Assembly: GCA_902792905.1 (NCBI GenBank)
Contig: CADBBH010000004.1
Location: 61,908-125,907, forward strand
Origin: Oscillospiraceae bacterium
GTDB taxonomy: Bacteria > Bacillota > Clostridia > Oscillospirales > Acutalibacteraceae
Reading direction: 5' to 3'
DNA: 64,000 bases
Part shown: positions 10,456 through 20,896 of the stretch, in pieces
Numbering within the stretch: the stretch's first letter is position 1
Layout of the letters: each line of letters begins with the position of its first letter
Translations under genes and position numbers: made by a program
The notes under the pieces: model-generated
The model's database searches: none
The model's input: the letters and a program-made list of their open reading frames with translations, nothing else
What the model was told of the DNA's origin: nothing

Positions 10456-12080
10456 TGAAGAAAATCATCTGCGCCCTGCTGGCCGCGGCTATGCTCTTCT
10501 CCCTGACCTCGTGTCTCGGGAGGGGCACGGGCAAGAGCATCACTTATGCGATAGATGCATCGCCTTCCACTCTTGATCCGCAGTATGCCTCGGAAACAGG
10601 CGCTAAAATTATAATAAACAATGTGTTTGAAGGGCTTGTCCGCCTTGATTCCGATGGAAAGATAATTCCCGGAATCGCGGAAAAATGGGAGATTTCAAAA
10701 GACGGTCTCACCTATACATTCAAGCTCAGAGAGGGCACCGAATGGTATTGTCCCTCATCATTCAAGACTCAATACGGCGAGGAATTCTACAATAAATTCG
10801 TCGACGAAAAGGTGCGGGCCGCAGACTTTGTCTATGCATGCAGACGCACTGTGGATCCCGCTATTCAATCCCCATGCGCAGGCAGAATGATGGTAATTTC
10901 GGGCGCATCTGAAATATATTCTGAAAAGGCCGATATGAATACGCTCGGCGTCGCGGCCCCCGATGATACAACTTTGATTTTTCATTTGACAGAACCGTGC
11001 GAGGATTTTCTTTCACGCCTTACCGAAAGTGAATTCATGCCCTGCAACGAAGAATTCTTCAAGGCGATGAAAGGCAGATACGGTCTGACCAAGAATTCAC
11101 TTCTTTGCAACGGTCCGTTCTACCTCAGTTTCTGGAATCCGGAAAAAGACGGTCAGGTAACTATCAAAAGAAATAAATATTACGCGGGAAAGCAGACGGT
11201 CCAGCCCGTATCGGTTCAGATTTCATTTGACTCCGACGGCGAATCAATTTACAAAAAACTCGCCAACGGCTCGCTGACAGCTTCGCTTCTCGGTCCGATG
11301 AGCGACATACCCGAAGGTGTCTCCGTAGCGAAGGAAATTCCCGATACGGTAATCGGAATTGCGCTCAACTGCTCCGATCCTGTGCTCTCCAATGCAAATA
11401 TCCGCAAGGCGCTTTGCTCCGCGATTGATCTCTCCCTCTTTGATGAAAGTGAAAACTACAGTGAGGCGAACGGCTTCATTCCCGCCTGCTGCTACGCCGG
11501 TCCGCAGACATATCGGGACAGAATAGGCGAGCAGACACCCGTGATTAAACGCAGTTTCAAAAACGCGGCAAAACTCTGGAAGGCAGGTCTTGAAGAGCTT
11601 GAGATATCAACGGTTTCATTGACTATTCTCTGCCCTGACAGATTTGATTCCATGCTTCGAGAGCAGCTTCAGAGGTGGCAGAAAGCGCTCGGTATTTCTC
11701 TCGCAATAAGCGTTGAGAATAAAACAGATGCGGAGATTGACAGCGCGCTTAACTCAGGAAACTATCAGATGGCTGTTACAGTCATCACAGCCCCCGAGAG
11801 CAATGCGGTTGACTATCTTTCAAGATTCTCGGACGGTGGATTTTTCAGATATGACGATGCGAATCTGCAGGCGGTTATCAGGAATCTCAAGACCGCCGCG
11901 ACCGACGATGAACTGATAAACGGCTGCTTCACGGCAGAGGCAATTATTCTCAGGGAAGGCGTATTCTTTCCGCTGCTGTCCGGCTCATCGAAATTCGTCA
12001 CGAGCACTGACACAAGCGGAATTTCAATACTCGACTCCGAAGATACTGTATGTTTTATAAATGCAAGAAGGTTTGACTGA
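10455..12080 (+). CDS. Peptide ABC transporter substrate-binding lipoprotein (OppA family), with no adjacent permease
   Basis: Lipobox LTSC; TLDP, FEGLV, PGIAEKWEISKDGLTYTFKLR, NGPF. Confidence 0.88.
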   Translation: MKKIICALLAAAMLFSLTSCLGRGTGKSITYAIDASPSTLDPQYASETGAKIIINNVFEGLVRLDSDGKIIPGIAEKWEISKDGLTYTFKLREGTEWYCPSSFKTQYGEEFYNKFVDEKVRAADFVYACRRTVDPAIQSPCAGRMMVISGASEIYSEKADMNTLGVAAPDDTTLIFHLTEPCEDFLSRLTESEFMPCNEEFFKAMKGRYGLTKNSLLCNGPFYLSFWNPEKDGQVTIKRNKYYAGKQTVQPVSVQISFDSDGESIYKKLANGSLTASLLGPMSDIPEGVSVAKEIPDTVIGIALNCSDPVLSNANIRKALCSAIDLSLFDESENYSEANGFIPACCYAGPQTYRDRIGEQTPVIKRSFKNAAKLWKAGLEELEISTVSLTILCPDRFDSMLREQLQRWQKALGISLAISVENKTDAEIDSALNSGNYQMAVTVITAPESNAVDYLSRFSDGGFFRYDDANLQAVIRNLKTAATDDELINGCFTAEAIILREGVFFPLLSGSSKFVTSTDTSGISILDSEDTVCFINARRFD

Positions 12081-12081
12081 T

Positions 12082-13251
12082 ATGCCGAAATTCAAAACTG
12101 AAAAAGAGTTTAAGGAAATCGAAATCAAAGAGCCAAAAGACTACGGCAAAAGATATGCCGCAGTCTCGGTTGCTGCCGCAACCGCAATTGCCGCCGCTCC
12201 GATTATAGGCGGTGTGGTTGTCAACAGAAGGCGCAAAGCGCTCGACTACGGCGACGCTGTGAGCGTTCAGGGAGCGGAGCTTGTAACCGCGAGCGGAGAG
12301 AAGCTTCAGATTGCGGGCATCAACCTGAATGACTACGTCTTCGGATGCCGCGACGGCAATGATATTGTCGAGGGCGGAAGCCGCGGAGCTTTCAATTCCC
12401 TTAAAAAGAGATTCGGCGACTACGGCGCACGTGAAATATTCGGCAAAAGCTTTGAAAACGCAGTTATGCCCGCCGATGTCAAGGAACTCGCAAAGCTCGG
12501 CGTAAACTGCGTTCGCCTGCCTCTCAGAAGCTTTCTGCTCTTCAGAAATGAAAAGGTTACGAAAAAATCCGATCCCCTGCTTAAACGTCTTGACAAATTT
12601 GTCAATAAATGCGCCAAAGCGGGAATCTATGTGATTTTCACATGTGAAGATGCCCCGGGCCTCAACCCCGAAAACGGAGAATACAGCTTATTTGAACTGG
12701 GTAAGCACAGCTTTTCAAAAAGGAACGAATTTGTCAGAATGTGTTCCGAAATAAGTACGCACTATAAGGATAATCCGGCTCTCCTCGGCTATGAGATTCC
12801 TTTTGACAGTGCGATGGAAGATAAAAACGGCAAACGTGAAAACATCTATAAATCGCTTTGCATACGCACGGCAAAAGCCCTGCGCACACTCAATGACACC
12901 CGTCCTGTATTTATACATCCTGCATCGATGCCCGAAGACACCGCGGAATTTGCAGATCTCGGTATTGCACTTATGACTGACATTGATTCCCCCGATGTCA
13001 CGGCTTTTATATCAGCCGCACAGGGAAAACTCCCGTGCATCGTTATCTCGGAAGGCGGGAGAATCGCGGACAGCGCAGATACAGACGGCTTTGTCGGGGT
13101 CATAAGCGGATTCTATAAGGGCGGCAATCCCGATACGTGCCTTTACAGCAAGCCAAAGGATTTTATCGATGTAACGAGCGACAGTTACGACGAAATATGC
13201 GAAAAAGTTGCTTCGCCCTCAAAGACCGAGAACTATATGAAAATGAACTGA
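12082..13251 (+). CDS. GH5-like protein with degenerate catalytic motifs and N-terminal membrane anchor
   Basis: GINL, LAKLGVNCVRLP, LDKFVNKCAKAGIYVI, HYKDNPALLGYE; the expected NEP is replaced by PFD. Confidence 0.7.
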   Translation: MPKFKTEKEFKEIEIKEPKDYGKRYAAVSVAAATAIAAAPIIGGVVVNRRRKALDYGDAVSVQGAELVTASGEKLQIAGINLNDYVFGCRDGNDIVEGGSRGAFNSLKKRFGDYGAREIFGKSFENAVMPADVKELAKLGVNCVRLPLRSFLLFRNEKVTKKSDPLLKRLDKFVNKCAKAGIYVIFTCEDAPGLNPENGEYSLFELGKHSFSKRNEFVRMCSEISTHYKDNPALLGYEIPFDSAMEDKNGKRENIYKSLCIRTAKALRTLNDTRPVFIHPASMPEDTAEFADLGIALMTDIDSPDVTAFISAAQGKLPCIVISEGGRIADSADTDGFVGVISGFYKGGNPDTCLYSKPKDFIDVTSDSYDEICEKVASPSKTENYMKMN

Positions 13252-13252
13252 A

Positions 13253-13696
13253 ATGGAAAAGGTAATCGTAGTAGTAATAATAATAGTCCTCGCGCTGATG
13301 TTCCTCGGCAGGCAGAATGCCATTATGATAGGCGTTCTCGGCACTGTCGCGGTTGCCTCGGCGGGAATGACTCTTTTCTTTATTCTCTACCTTCTCAAGC
13401 TCCTGTTTTCAAAGAAGAAAAAAGGCACATTTTTGAGAATAGAGAGAAACGGGATGTTCAGATGGCACGCCGCAATCTATCTCGTAGATGGCGAGGAAAT
13501 TCCCTGCATTTTCCCCGATGACGGGGTAATGGACGATAAGATTTACCGCAAAGACAAGACTTATACGCTCTTTTACAACAAGCACTCGGGCAAGGTCTTT
13601 GACCGCATTTCAATCACCACCTGCGTCATAGGCATAATCTTTACCCTCGCTATTGATGCAGCGCTGGTATTTATGTATTTCTGGCTTTACAGGTGA
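13253..13696 (+). CDS. Membrane protein of unknown function
   Basis: Three hydrophobic segments; tightly coupled to neighbours. Confidence 0.7.
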   Translation: MEKVIVVVIIIVLALMFLGRQNAIMIGVLGTVAVASAGMTLFFILYLLKLLFSKKKKGTFLRIERNGMFRWHAAIYLVDGEEIPCIFPDDGVMDDKIYRKDKTYTLFYNKHSGKVFDRISITTCVIGIIFTLAIDAALVFMYFWLYR

Positions 13697-13700
13697 TATT

Positions 13701-13916
13701 ATGGGTTTATTCCGCCGCAAAAAGAAACATGTTCCGTTTTGGATAAGAAAAACTCATCTTTTCAGAAAGGACGAGTTCATCTGCTCAGAATGCGGATACA
13801 ATACCAAAAAAGCATATAAAACCTGTCCCTGCTGCAAAGCTCCTATGTCAAAGGAAATATTTGATCCTTCGTGGGTTGACGAGATTGAAATGCAGGATAT
13901 GATGTTTGACGACTGA
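13701..13916 (+). CDS. Small Zn-ribbon protein
   Basis: CSEC...CPCC; AGGTG RBS before ATG 13701. Confidence 0.65.
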   Translation: MGLFRRKKKHVPFWIRKTHLFRKDEFICSECGYNTKKAYKTCPCCKAPMSKEIFDPSWVDEIEMQDMMFDD

Positions 13917-13943
13917 TTAATTCAAATTTTCGGGAGAGAGAAA

Positions 13944-14600
13944 ATGTATATCACAGTAAACGGAGTCCGCCTTTTCTATGAACAAACCGGGAACGGCAGA
14001 CCGCTTGTAATGGTTCATTGCAACAGCATGAGTCATAAGATTTTCAAAAGCGCCGCGAAGGTACTCGGGCAGCATTTTACCGTATACTGCCCCGATTCGC
14101 GCGATCACGGAAAGAGTCAGAAGGTAAAAACGCTTCACTATGAGGATATGGCAGAGGATATGTATCGGTTCATAACTCAGCTTGGACTTGAAAAGCCCGT
14201 GTTTTACGGCTTTTCAGACGGCGGAATCATAGGACTTATACTCGCTTATCTTCATCCGGACCTGCTCTCGGCGCTGATTGTCAGCGGTGCGAGCCTGAAT
14301 CCGGACAGCACTAAGGATCTGCCGATGAAGTTCTTCAAACTCTGGAGTCACTTTGACAGAAGCGACAAAATGCGGATAATGATGCGCGAGCCGGATATCA
14401 CAGACGAGATGCTTAAGGGAATTACCGTTCCGACCTTTGTCACCGCAGGCGAAAAGGATGTGATAAAGCTTTCGCATACGGAACATATTGCAGAAACAAT
14501 TCCCGGCGCAAAACTTAAAATATTTCCCAAAGCCGGTCATTCGGGATACATTATGAGGAGCACAAAAATCGCAGATTATATACTGTCGGTTACAGAATAA
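13944..14600 (+). CDS. Alpha/beta hydrolase
   Basis: DSRDHGKS, nucleophile elbow GFSDGG, GEKD, AGH. Confidence 0.9.
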   Translation: MYITVNGVRLFYEQTGNGRPLVMVHCNSMSHKIFKSAAKVLGQHFTVYCPDSRDHGKSQKVKTLHYEDMAEDMYRFITQLGLEKPVFYGFSDGGIIGLILAYLHPDLLSALIVSGASLNPDSTKDLPMKFFKLWSHFDRSDKMRIMMREPDITDEMLKGITVPTFVTAGEKDVIKLSHTEHIAETIPGAKLKIFPKAGHSGYIMRSTKIADYILSVTE

Positions 14601-14610
14601 GGAAGAAAAA

Positions 14611-15453
14611 ATGCAGAGTGTTATTTCTTTTTTTACCACGATTTCGCTTTTATTCACGTATATTTTCGGGCTCGGAACGGTCAATGTTTCTGACGGTTAC
14701 AAGCTTGTGAAGGCGCAGAAACTGCGGCCGATTATTTCAATGTTTGCCGGTCAGGGTCTCTGCTTCGACGGCGAGTGTTTCTATACCTCCGGTTCGCTGA
14801 CTGCAATCAATCTCACTGGACTGGCAAAATTCGACCGGGATATGAATTGCCTGAAGCGTAAGAGCGGCCGAGTTCCGGATGAATTCCATAAGAAATACGG
14901 CAGCAACCATATCGGTGGAATAGACTATGCGAACGGATTCATCTATGCTCCGGTTGAGGGCGAGGGATACAAATATAATTTTATACTGCTCTTTGACTGT
15001 GAAACTCTTGATTATACCGGCACTTACTACGATATGACAAGCGAGCGTCTAACCGACGGCATCCCCTGGTGCGCCGTTGACAGAGAGGGCGGCTGCCTCT
15101 ATACTTCAATGTATGACCCGGTTGACGAGATTCTGCAATACGATCTAGACACAATGGAATTTATTCAGGCAATACCGCTTTCCGAGCAGCTGCACAGACT
15201 ACAGGGCGGCTCTGTTTATGAAGGACAGCTCTATCTTTCATACGACTGCACAGATCCGGGAACAACCGAGACGATTTACCGCGTGGACCCTGAAAGCGGT
15301 GAGGTAAATACCGAATTTGTGCGGGAACTGACGAATTACGACAACGAGGCCGAGGATGTCTGCGTTTATCCCCTGCCCGACGGCTCTCTCATACACACAC
15401 TCGATTACGATAAACTCATCCGGACCAATGTAATGCACTTTTCCAAAGGATAA
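14611..15453 (+). CDS. Exported beta-propeller-like hypothetical protein
   Basis: N-terminal hydrophobic segment; repeated QG/HIGGID/LQGG/EAED blade-like motifs. Confidence 0.6.
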   Translation: MQSVISFFTTISLLFTYIFGLGTVNVSDGYKLVKAQKLRPIISMFAGQGLCFDGECFYTSGSLTAINLTGLAKFDRDMNCLKRKSGRVPDEFHKKYGSNHIGGIDYANGFIYAPVEGEGYKYNFILLFDCETLDYTGTYYDMTSERLTDGIPWCAVDREGGCLYTSMYDPVDEILQYDLDTMEFIQAIPLSEQLHRLQGGSVYEGQLYLSYDCTDPGTTETIYRVDPESGEVNTEFVRELTNYDNEAEDVCVYPLPDGSLIHTLDYDKLIRTNVMHFSKG

Positions 15454-15555
15454 AAATTTAAGTCATAATCACCGGCAAGTCCGGCGGTTATGGCTTTTAA
15501 ACTGTTCTTTTTACGAAAACGCAATATCGCTCAACAACGGAAAGGAGCTGTAACC

Positions 15556-16617
15556 TTGTTTCATTACAGACCCGCAAAGGGATGGATAAACGACCCGAAC
15601 GGACTTGTATTCTTTCGTGGATATTATCATATTTTTTATCAGCATTCTCCGAATTATGAAACGCCCTGGCACGAGAGTATGCACTGGGGACACGCGAGGA
15701 CAAAGGATTTCATTAATTATGAGGAGCTTCCTATCGCGCTGTTTCCCGACAGAGATTGTGATAAGGACGGATGCTGGTCGGGAACTGCAATTGTAAAGGA
15801 TGACATTCTGTATCTGTTTTACGCCTGCGTGCGCGATGGCAGACAGGCAGTTGCTGTCGCTTATTCATCCGACGGAATAAACTTTGAAAAATACGAGGGG
15901 AATCCTGTCATTGCTTCATATCCCGCCGACGGATCTCCCGATTTCAGAGATCCCGCGGTCTGTTATGCAGACGGGAAATACCGCTGTGTTATGGCTTCGG
16001 GCAATACGGAAAAACACACCGCCGTTCTGCTGATGTATGAGAGCGAAGACCTGCTGAACTGGAATTACTGCGGAGTGATGCGCGAGTGGCAGAACGCAAA
16101 ATTTGCGGAATGCCCGTCGTTCCTTGAATTTGGGAATAAATATCTGCTCGCGGCGTCGGTATGCAGAGAGAACGGACACAGTTTCTCCCTCGCCGCAGGG
16201 ACTTTTGAAAGCGGGCGCTTCACCGCAATATACGAGAGCGAGATCGATAAAGGTCCAGATCAGTACGCGGGTCAGATTTTCCGCGACAATAAAGGCAGAG
16301 CCATACTGATTTCGTGGATACCCGGCTGGGACTACGCGGGATACAGAGAGAAGGACATCGGAGTTATGTCGGCTCCGCGTGAAATCACCTGCGAAGACGG
16401 CAAACTGCGCGCTTTTCCCGCCGAAGAGGTTAGAAAGTTTCTTAAAGAAGATGATAAAGCGCTGATAAGAACGAGCGACGGCTTCCGCATAAAGCGCAAG
16501 GGCCGCGAAGATGTCATATACAGGGGCGAAATCAAAAGTCTGCATTGCCTTCGCGATGAATATATTCTCGAAGTTTTTGTCAACGGCGGAGAAGAGGTTT
16601 ACACAGCTCTTCTCTAA
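15556..16617 (+). CDS. GH32 beta-fructofuranosidase/fructan hydrolase
   Basis: WINDPNG, WSGTA, FRDP, ECP, YAGQ; AAAGGAG RBS before TTG 15556. Confidence 0.93.
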   Translation: MFHYRPAKGWINDPNGLVFFRGYYHIFYQHSPNYETPWHESMHWGHARTKDFINYEELPIALFPDRDCDKDGCWSGTAIVKDDILYLFYACVRDGRQAVAVAYSSDGINFEKYEGNPVIASYPADGSPDFRDPAVCYADGKYRCVMASGNTEKHTAVLLMYESEDLLNWNYCGVMREWQNAKFAECPSFLEFGNKYLLAASVCRENGHSFSLAAGTFESGRFTAIYESEIDKGPDQYAGQIFRDNKGRAILISWIPGWDYAGYREKDIGVMSAPREITCEDGKLRAFPAEEVRKFLKEDDKALIRTSDGFRIKRKGREDVIYRGEIKSLHCLRDEYILEVFVNGGEEVYTALL

Positions 16618-16695
16618 GAGCGGCTGTCTTCTTCACATTTTTTTAAAGCAAAAACAACCCCGCAGAGCTTCTGTGCCCCGCGGGGATTAATAATG

Positions 16696-17784
16696 TTATC
16701 TAGAATAATTCTCGTAAAGATATGTGATATCGTTTGCATATTTCAGCATCGTGACAAGCTCGTCAAAATGCGAGAAAACATAGCTGAGATCCGCTATAAC
16801 AACCTTTGCAATGCCGATAAGCGACGGGAAAGGTCTTGAAGCCGGCTTCAATTTATATCCGTCTGTTTTTGCCGACACGGTGTATTCGAATTCAGCCGCG
16901 GCGGCGGCGTGGTCCGAGAGCGGACTGCCGTTATCATCCGTATAACTTATATATCTGTGAGAAACAGCTTTGAGTTCGACTGCGTCGCTGCTCCTGTAAA
17001 GTATATGCTCAACGCTGTCCCAGTTGCCCCAGTAATCGCCGCTGTAGGCAGAATAATCGGTGAAGCTGCCGGAGTTCACGGTATCGGTCCACACATCCGA
17101 CATACCGAGTCCCTCAATAAATATTTCATATAAGTCCGCGCCCTCGCCGTTTGTGAAATGGAAAGTGGAATTGAAATCGCCGGTTATTATCACGGCGCGG
17201 CCTTCGGAATGTTTATCAATATATTCTTTGACCTGAGTGAAATTTGAGTGCCTCGCCTGAACGGATTCCGCTCCGCCGAAAGCGTCGGCGTGAAGATTAT
17301 ACACATCAATATATACGCCTTCACAGAGCTCAACCGCCGTATACATAAACCCCTTCTGCGAGACTATATCGCCTTCCCAGAGCATGCCGCCCTTCATATT
17401 CCAGCTCTCGCGGTATACATCATAGAGCGGAGTTCTTGAAAAAACATTCAGTCCGTCTCCGGTAACGACGCTCTGACTGCCGAATGTTCTGTATTTTGCG
17501 CCGAGCCCCGAATAAAAATCGAAATCGTATCCGAAATCCTCCTGAACAGCGATTATATCATAATCATCCGCTTTGATTTTACTGCCGAGAAGCTTCTGAA
17601 TTCCGGCTTTTCCGGAAGACGGATTGAGAGAGGGAAGCCCGGCTATATTATAATTCAGAAAGCTGAGATTCCCGGTCTGCACCTGCGCGGAATCCTCCGC
17701 CGAGCCCACAACCTGAAACAGGAATGAAAACGCAATCATAATTGCAACAGCGGCAGATGCTGTTCTCATAAGTCTTTTTTTCAT
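16696..17784 (-). CDS. Secreted endonuclease/exonuclease/phosphatase family protein
   Basis: Signal peptide; YNIAGLP, VQEDF, YNLHAD, TGDFN, LSDH. Confidence 0.88.
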   Translation of the reverse strand: MKKRLMRTASAAVAIMIAFSFLFQVVGSAEDSAQVQTGNLSFLNYNIAGLPSLNPSSGKAGIQKLLGSKIKADDYDIIAVQEDFGYDFDFYSGLGAKYRTFGSQSVVTGDGLNVFSRTPLYDVYRESWNMKGGMLWEGDIVSQKGFMYTAVELCEGVYIDVYNLHADAFGGAESVQARHSNFTQVKEYIDKHSEGRAVIITGDFNSTFHFTNGEGADLYEIFIEGLGMSDVWTDTVNSGSFTDYSAYSGDYWGNWDSVEHILYRSSDAVELKAVSHRYISYTDDNGSPLSDHAAAAAEFEYTVSAKTDGYKLKPASRPFPSLIGIAKVVIADLSYVFSHFDELVTMLKYANDITYLYENYSR

Positions 17785-17949
17785 AACAAAAACTCCTTTT
17801 GAGGTCTGTTTGGATAATTATACCATATGTCTGCATGTGTTATCAATAAAAATATACACACATTCCCACGCAGAATCACTCGGTCTTACCTTTATGTACT
17901 TATTACTCTTTCGATTGTTCTTATCGAGAAATATATTGATGCAATACGG

Positions 17950-17978
17950 TTGACAATTTGAAAAGAAAAGTGTAAAAT
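17950..17978 (+). promoter_or_regulatory. sigmaA promoter
   Basis: TTGACA-N17-TAAAAT. Confidence 0.7.
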
Positions 17979-18119
17979 AATAATGTAAGAGGAAATAACG
18001 TTTTACAGGCAAAAGCCTGTGCGGAGTTACCTCTTTTTGCTTTATTAAGAGATAATAAATAACCAAAAACATAATTTCAGATTCACAACAACGGATTATT
18101 TACTTTATGAGGTGAGTAT

Positions 18120-20147
18120 ATGAAAAGGTTCAGTTCGGCAATTCTTGCCGCAGCCATACTTGTATGCTGCGCGTTTCCTGTCATTTCTTCAGGCACAAGC
18201 GAATTAAGCACCGACATCTCCGTTCCGGATACTGTGACTGGTTTTGAAAAAATCACCGGCGTTTTCGGAAATGTTTTCGGGCGTTTTCTGAGAATAATTA
18301 CATTTACAGATGAATCACGCATAAAGAAGGCGGAGCCACGCGATGCTGCGGGTGAAAAGAGCAGTGAAAATCTGTTTTCGGGCGAAGCGGAGCAGACACT
18401 TTCCGCCGAAACCTGGCGCCTGACAGAGCTGAATTTTGAAAGCGCAAAAAACTACGATGACCCGTTCAACGACGTAACTCTCGATATGCTCCTTTACGGA
18501 AACGGAAGACTCTATAAAATTCCCGCTTTCTGGGACGGTGAGAATACCTGGCGTGTCCGTTTCGTCTGCCCCGCCGAAGGAACCTGGCAGTGCAGAACGG
18601 TCTGCTCGGATGAAGAAAACCTTTCTTTACACGGCAGAACCGCGCAGGTGGAGTGCTCCGCATACAGCGGTAGTCTTGATATTTACAGGCACGGATTTGT
18701 CACCACAAGATACGGCGAAAAATATCTTACTTATGAAGACGGCACACCGTTCTATTATCTCGGTGATACTCACTGGCAGCTCGCGCAGGAGACACCGGAA
18801 ATGATTACGGCAATCTGCGAAAGAAGAGTTGAGCAGGGCTTTACGGTTTATCAAAGCCAGCCGATGGATAATCGATTCAATATGGCGGTTACCGAGAATC
18901 TCGGCGATGAATGCCTCGATGATTTGCGCTCCCTCGATGAAAAATTCACCATTATTGCAGACAGTGGCCTTACTCACGCTCATTCCCAGCTTTTCTGGCC
19001 TCTTACGGGAATGACAAGGCTGATTGAGAATCACGGCGGCTGGACAGAGCCGAAGATAGAGGGAATGCTCGGACTCAAAAAAGTTACTATGCCCGATCTC
19101 TGCGATGAAGCAAAGGTATACCTCGAAAAGGTTTGCCGCTACTGGGTCGCGCGTTTCGGGGCATATCCCGTTATCTGGACTCTCGGCCAGGAAATAGACA
19201 ACGACCCCTATCAGGATGAAAACTCAAAATGGAACGCGGTCAATAACCCTTATAAGTATGTTGCCGAATACCTGAATAAATACGACCCCTATGATCATCC
19301 CGTTACCGCGCATCAGGAGAGCTCAGGCAATACTGTCGCCTACGGAAACGGACTAGGAACGGGCGAAATAAATATGATATGGTATCCGGGCGCCCAACCC
19401 TCCGCATTCAGAAATGTCAAGGCGCACACGATGTATGCTCCTCAGTGGCATCCGACATTTTTAAGGCGTGACGACTATATGAGCGCCAGAGATTTCTGGT
19501 ATAACGGGCAAGGTAAACCCGCTGTCAATTATGAAGGACTTTACTGCTATCTCTGGACCAAGAATTACGGCGCGAGGGCGCAGGCCTGGGCCTCTTATCT
19601 GACAGGACTTTACGGCTGCTCCTGGGGCGGTCAGCCCACATGGGCATATCAGAACGGATATGACCGCGATACCACGAGTGACGACGGCGTGGATTATATC
19701 CGCCCCGAAGAGAAACAGGCGGCCGCCTGGCAGGATGCTCTCGAATACCCCTCCTCATACCAGGTTGGATATATGCGCTCTTTTATGGAGCAGACCGAAT
19801 GGTATAAACTGATTCCGCGCTTCAATAATCTCGCGTATTTTGTGCCGTGCTCCGATGTTTTTGCATACTGCGCGAGCAATAAAAGCAATACGGAAATGGT
19901 GCTGTATTTCTATTCTTTCACCGATGAAACCGTTGCTGAAAGAGTGAACACAAAAGATTGCGGCGGCATTATGACAGGAACGGTCGGCAGCCTTGTTCCT
20001 TTTGCGGAATACAGCTATAAGTGGTTCAATCCGATAACCGGCGAATATACCGGTGAAGGTACATTCAAGGCATCGTTGTTCGGAACCTGGTTTGCAGGTT
20101 TACGCCCCGATGATACCGATTATGTGCTGATAATCAAAAAAGTGTAA
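18120..20147 (+). CDS. Secreted DUF5060/DUF4038 (GH140 apiosidase-like) glycoside hydrolase
   Basis: PAFWDGENTWRVRF (DUF5060-like), DGTPFYYLGDTHW, RYWVARFGAYPVIWTLGQE, KPAVNYEGLY, WFNPITG. Confidence 0.8.
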   Translation: MKRFSSAILAAAILVCCAFPVISSGTSELSTDISVPDTVTGFEKITGVFGNVFGRFLRIITFTDESRIKKAEPRDAAGEKSSENLFSGEAEQTLSAETWRLTELNFESAKNYDDPFNDVTLDMLLYGNGRLYKIPAFWDGENTWRVRFVCPAEGTWQCRTVCSDEENLSLHGRTAQVECSAYSGSLDIYRHGFVTTRYGEKYLTYEDGTPFYYLGDTHWQLAQETPEMITAICERRVEQGFTVYQSQPMDNRFNMAVTENLGDECLDDLRSLDEKFTIIADSGLTHAHSQLFWPLTGMTRLIENHGGWTEPKIEGMLGLKKVTMPDLCDEAKVYLEKVCRYWVARFGAYPVIWTLGQEIDNDPYQDENSKWNAVNNPYKYVAEYLNKYDPYDHPVTAHQESSGNTVAYGNGLGTGEINMIWYPGAQPSAFRNVKAHTMYAPQWHPTFLRRDDYMSARDFWYNGQGKPAVNYEGLYCYLWTKNYGARAQAWASYLTGLYGCSWGGQPTWAYQNGYDRDTTSDDGVDYIRPEEKQAAAWQDALEYPSSYQVGYMRSFMEQTEWYKLIPRFNNLAYFVPCSDVFAYCASNKSNTEMVLYFYSFTDETVAERVNTKDCGGIMTGTVGSLVPFAEYSYKWFNPITGEYTGEGTFKASLFGTWFAGLRPDDTDYVLIIKKV

Positions 20148-20183
20148 GCAATACAGAATTATCGCCTGAAGAAAGGAGACTCT

Positions 20184-20879
20184 ATGAAAAGAATAATTGC
20201 TTTAGTTCTTGCATTATTATTGGCCTTTTCTCTCGTATCCTGCGGTAAAAGCGGCAATAACGCGGAAATCTCAGGTACGAAAACACAGACCCAAACAAAA
20301 GGCAATGAACCCGATTCATCCGAGAAAGCCCAATCTGCCGATACATCAGGCAAAAAGATACTGACTGTTTATTTCAGCTCGGCGAATACCGCCGATGTTG
20401 ATGCTGTTTCATCTGCTACGCCCTCGTTCAACGGGATGGGTTCAACAGAATATCTTGCCGTTTATATCAATGGCAAAGTCGGCGGTGATATAGCGAAAAT
20501 CACTCCCGTAAAAGATTATCCGACAAGCTATAACGGTACTCTTGATGCGGCGAAGGACGAGCGTGATAAAGACAAACGCCCCGAGTTCAAATCTCTTGAT
20601 GTGAATCCCGAGGATTACGATATCATTTTTGTCGGTTATCCCATGTGGTGGTACACTTTGCCGATGATAATGTACACCTTCTTTGATACCTATGATTTCA
20701 GTGGCAAGACTATCATACCCTTCAACACTCACGCAGGCAGCGGCGACGGCGGAACATACAGTGAAATCAAAGAGTTTGAGCCGGGCGCAACCGTTCCTGA
20801 CGGCCTCGCTGTAAGCGGTTCGGGGGCAGATAAAGCAGGTGGAGATATTGACAGCTGGCTTTCCGGTCTCGGCTTTTGA
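20184..20879 (+). CDS. Flavodoxin-like lipoprotein
   Basis: Lipobox LVSC; VYFS, IFVGYPMWW, GKTIIPFNTHAGSG. Confidence 0.9.
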   Translation: MKRIIALVLALLLAFSLVSCGKSGNNAEISGTKTQTQTKGNEPDSSEKAQSADTSGKKILTVYFSSANTADVDAVSSATPSFNGMGSTEYLAVYINGKVGGDIAKITPVKDYPTSYNGTLDAAKDERDKDKRPEFKSLDVNPEDYDIIFVGYPMWWYTLPMIMYTFFDTYDFSGKTIIPFNTHAGSGDGGTYSEIKEFEPGATVPDGLAVSGSGADKAGGDIDSWLSGLGF

Positions 20880-20896
20880 TTGTATAAGGACCGTAT

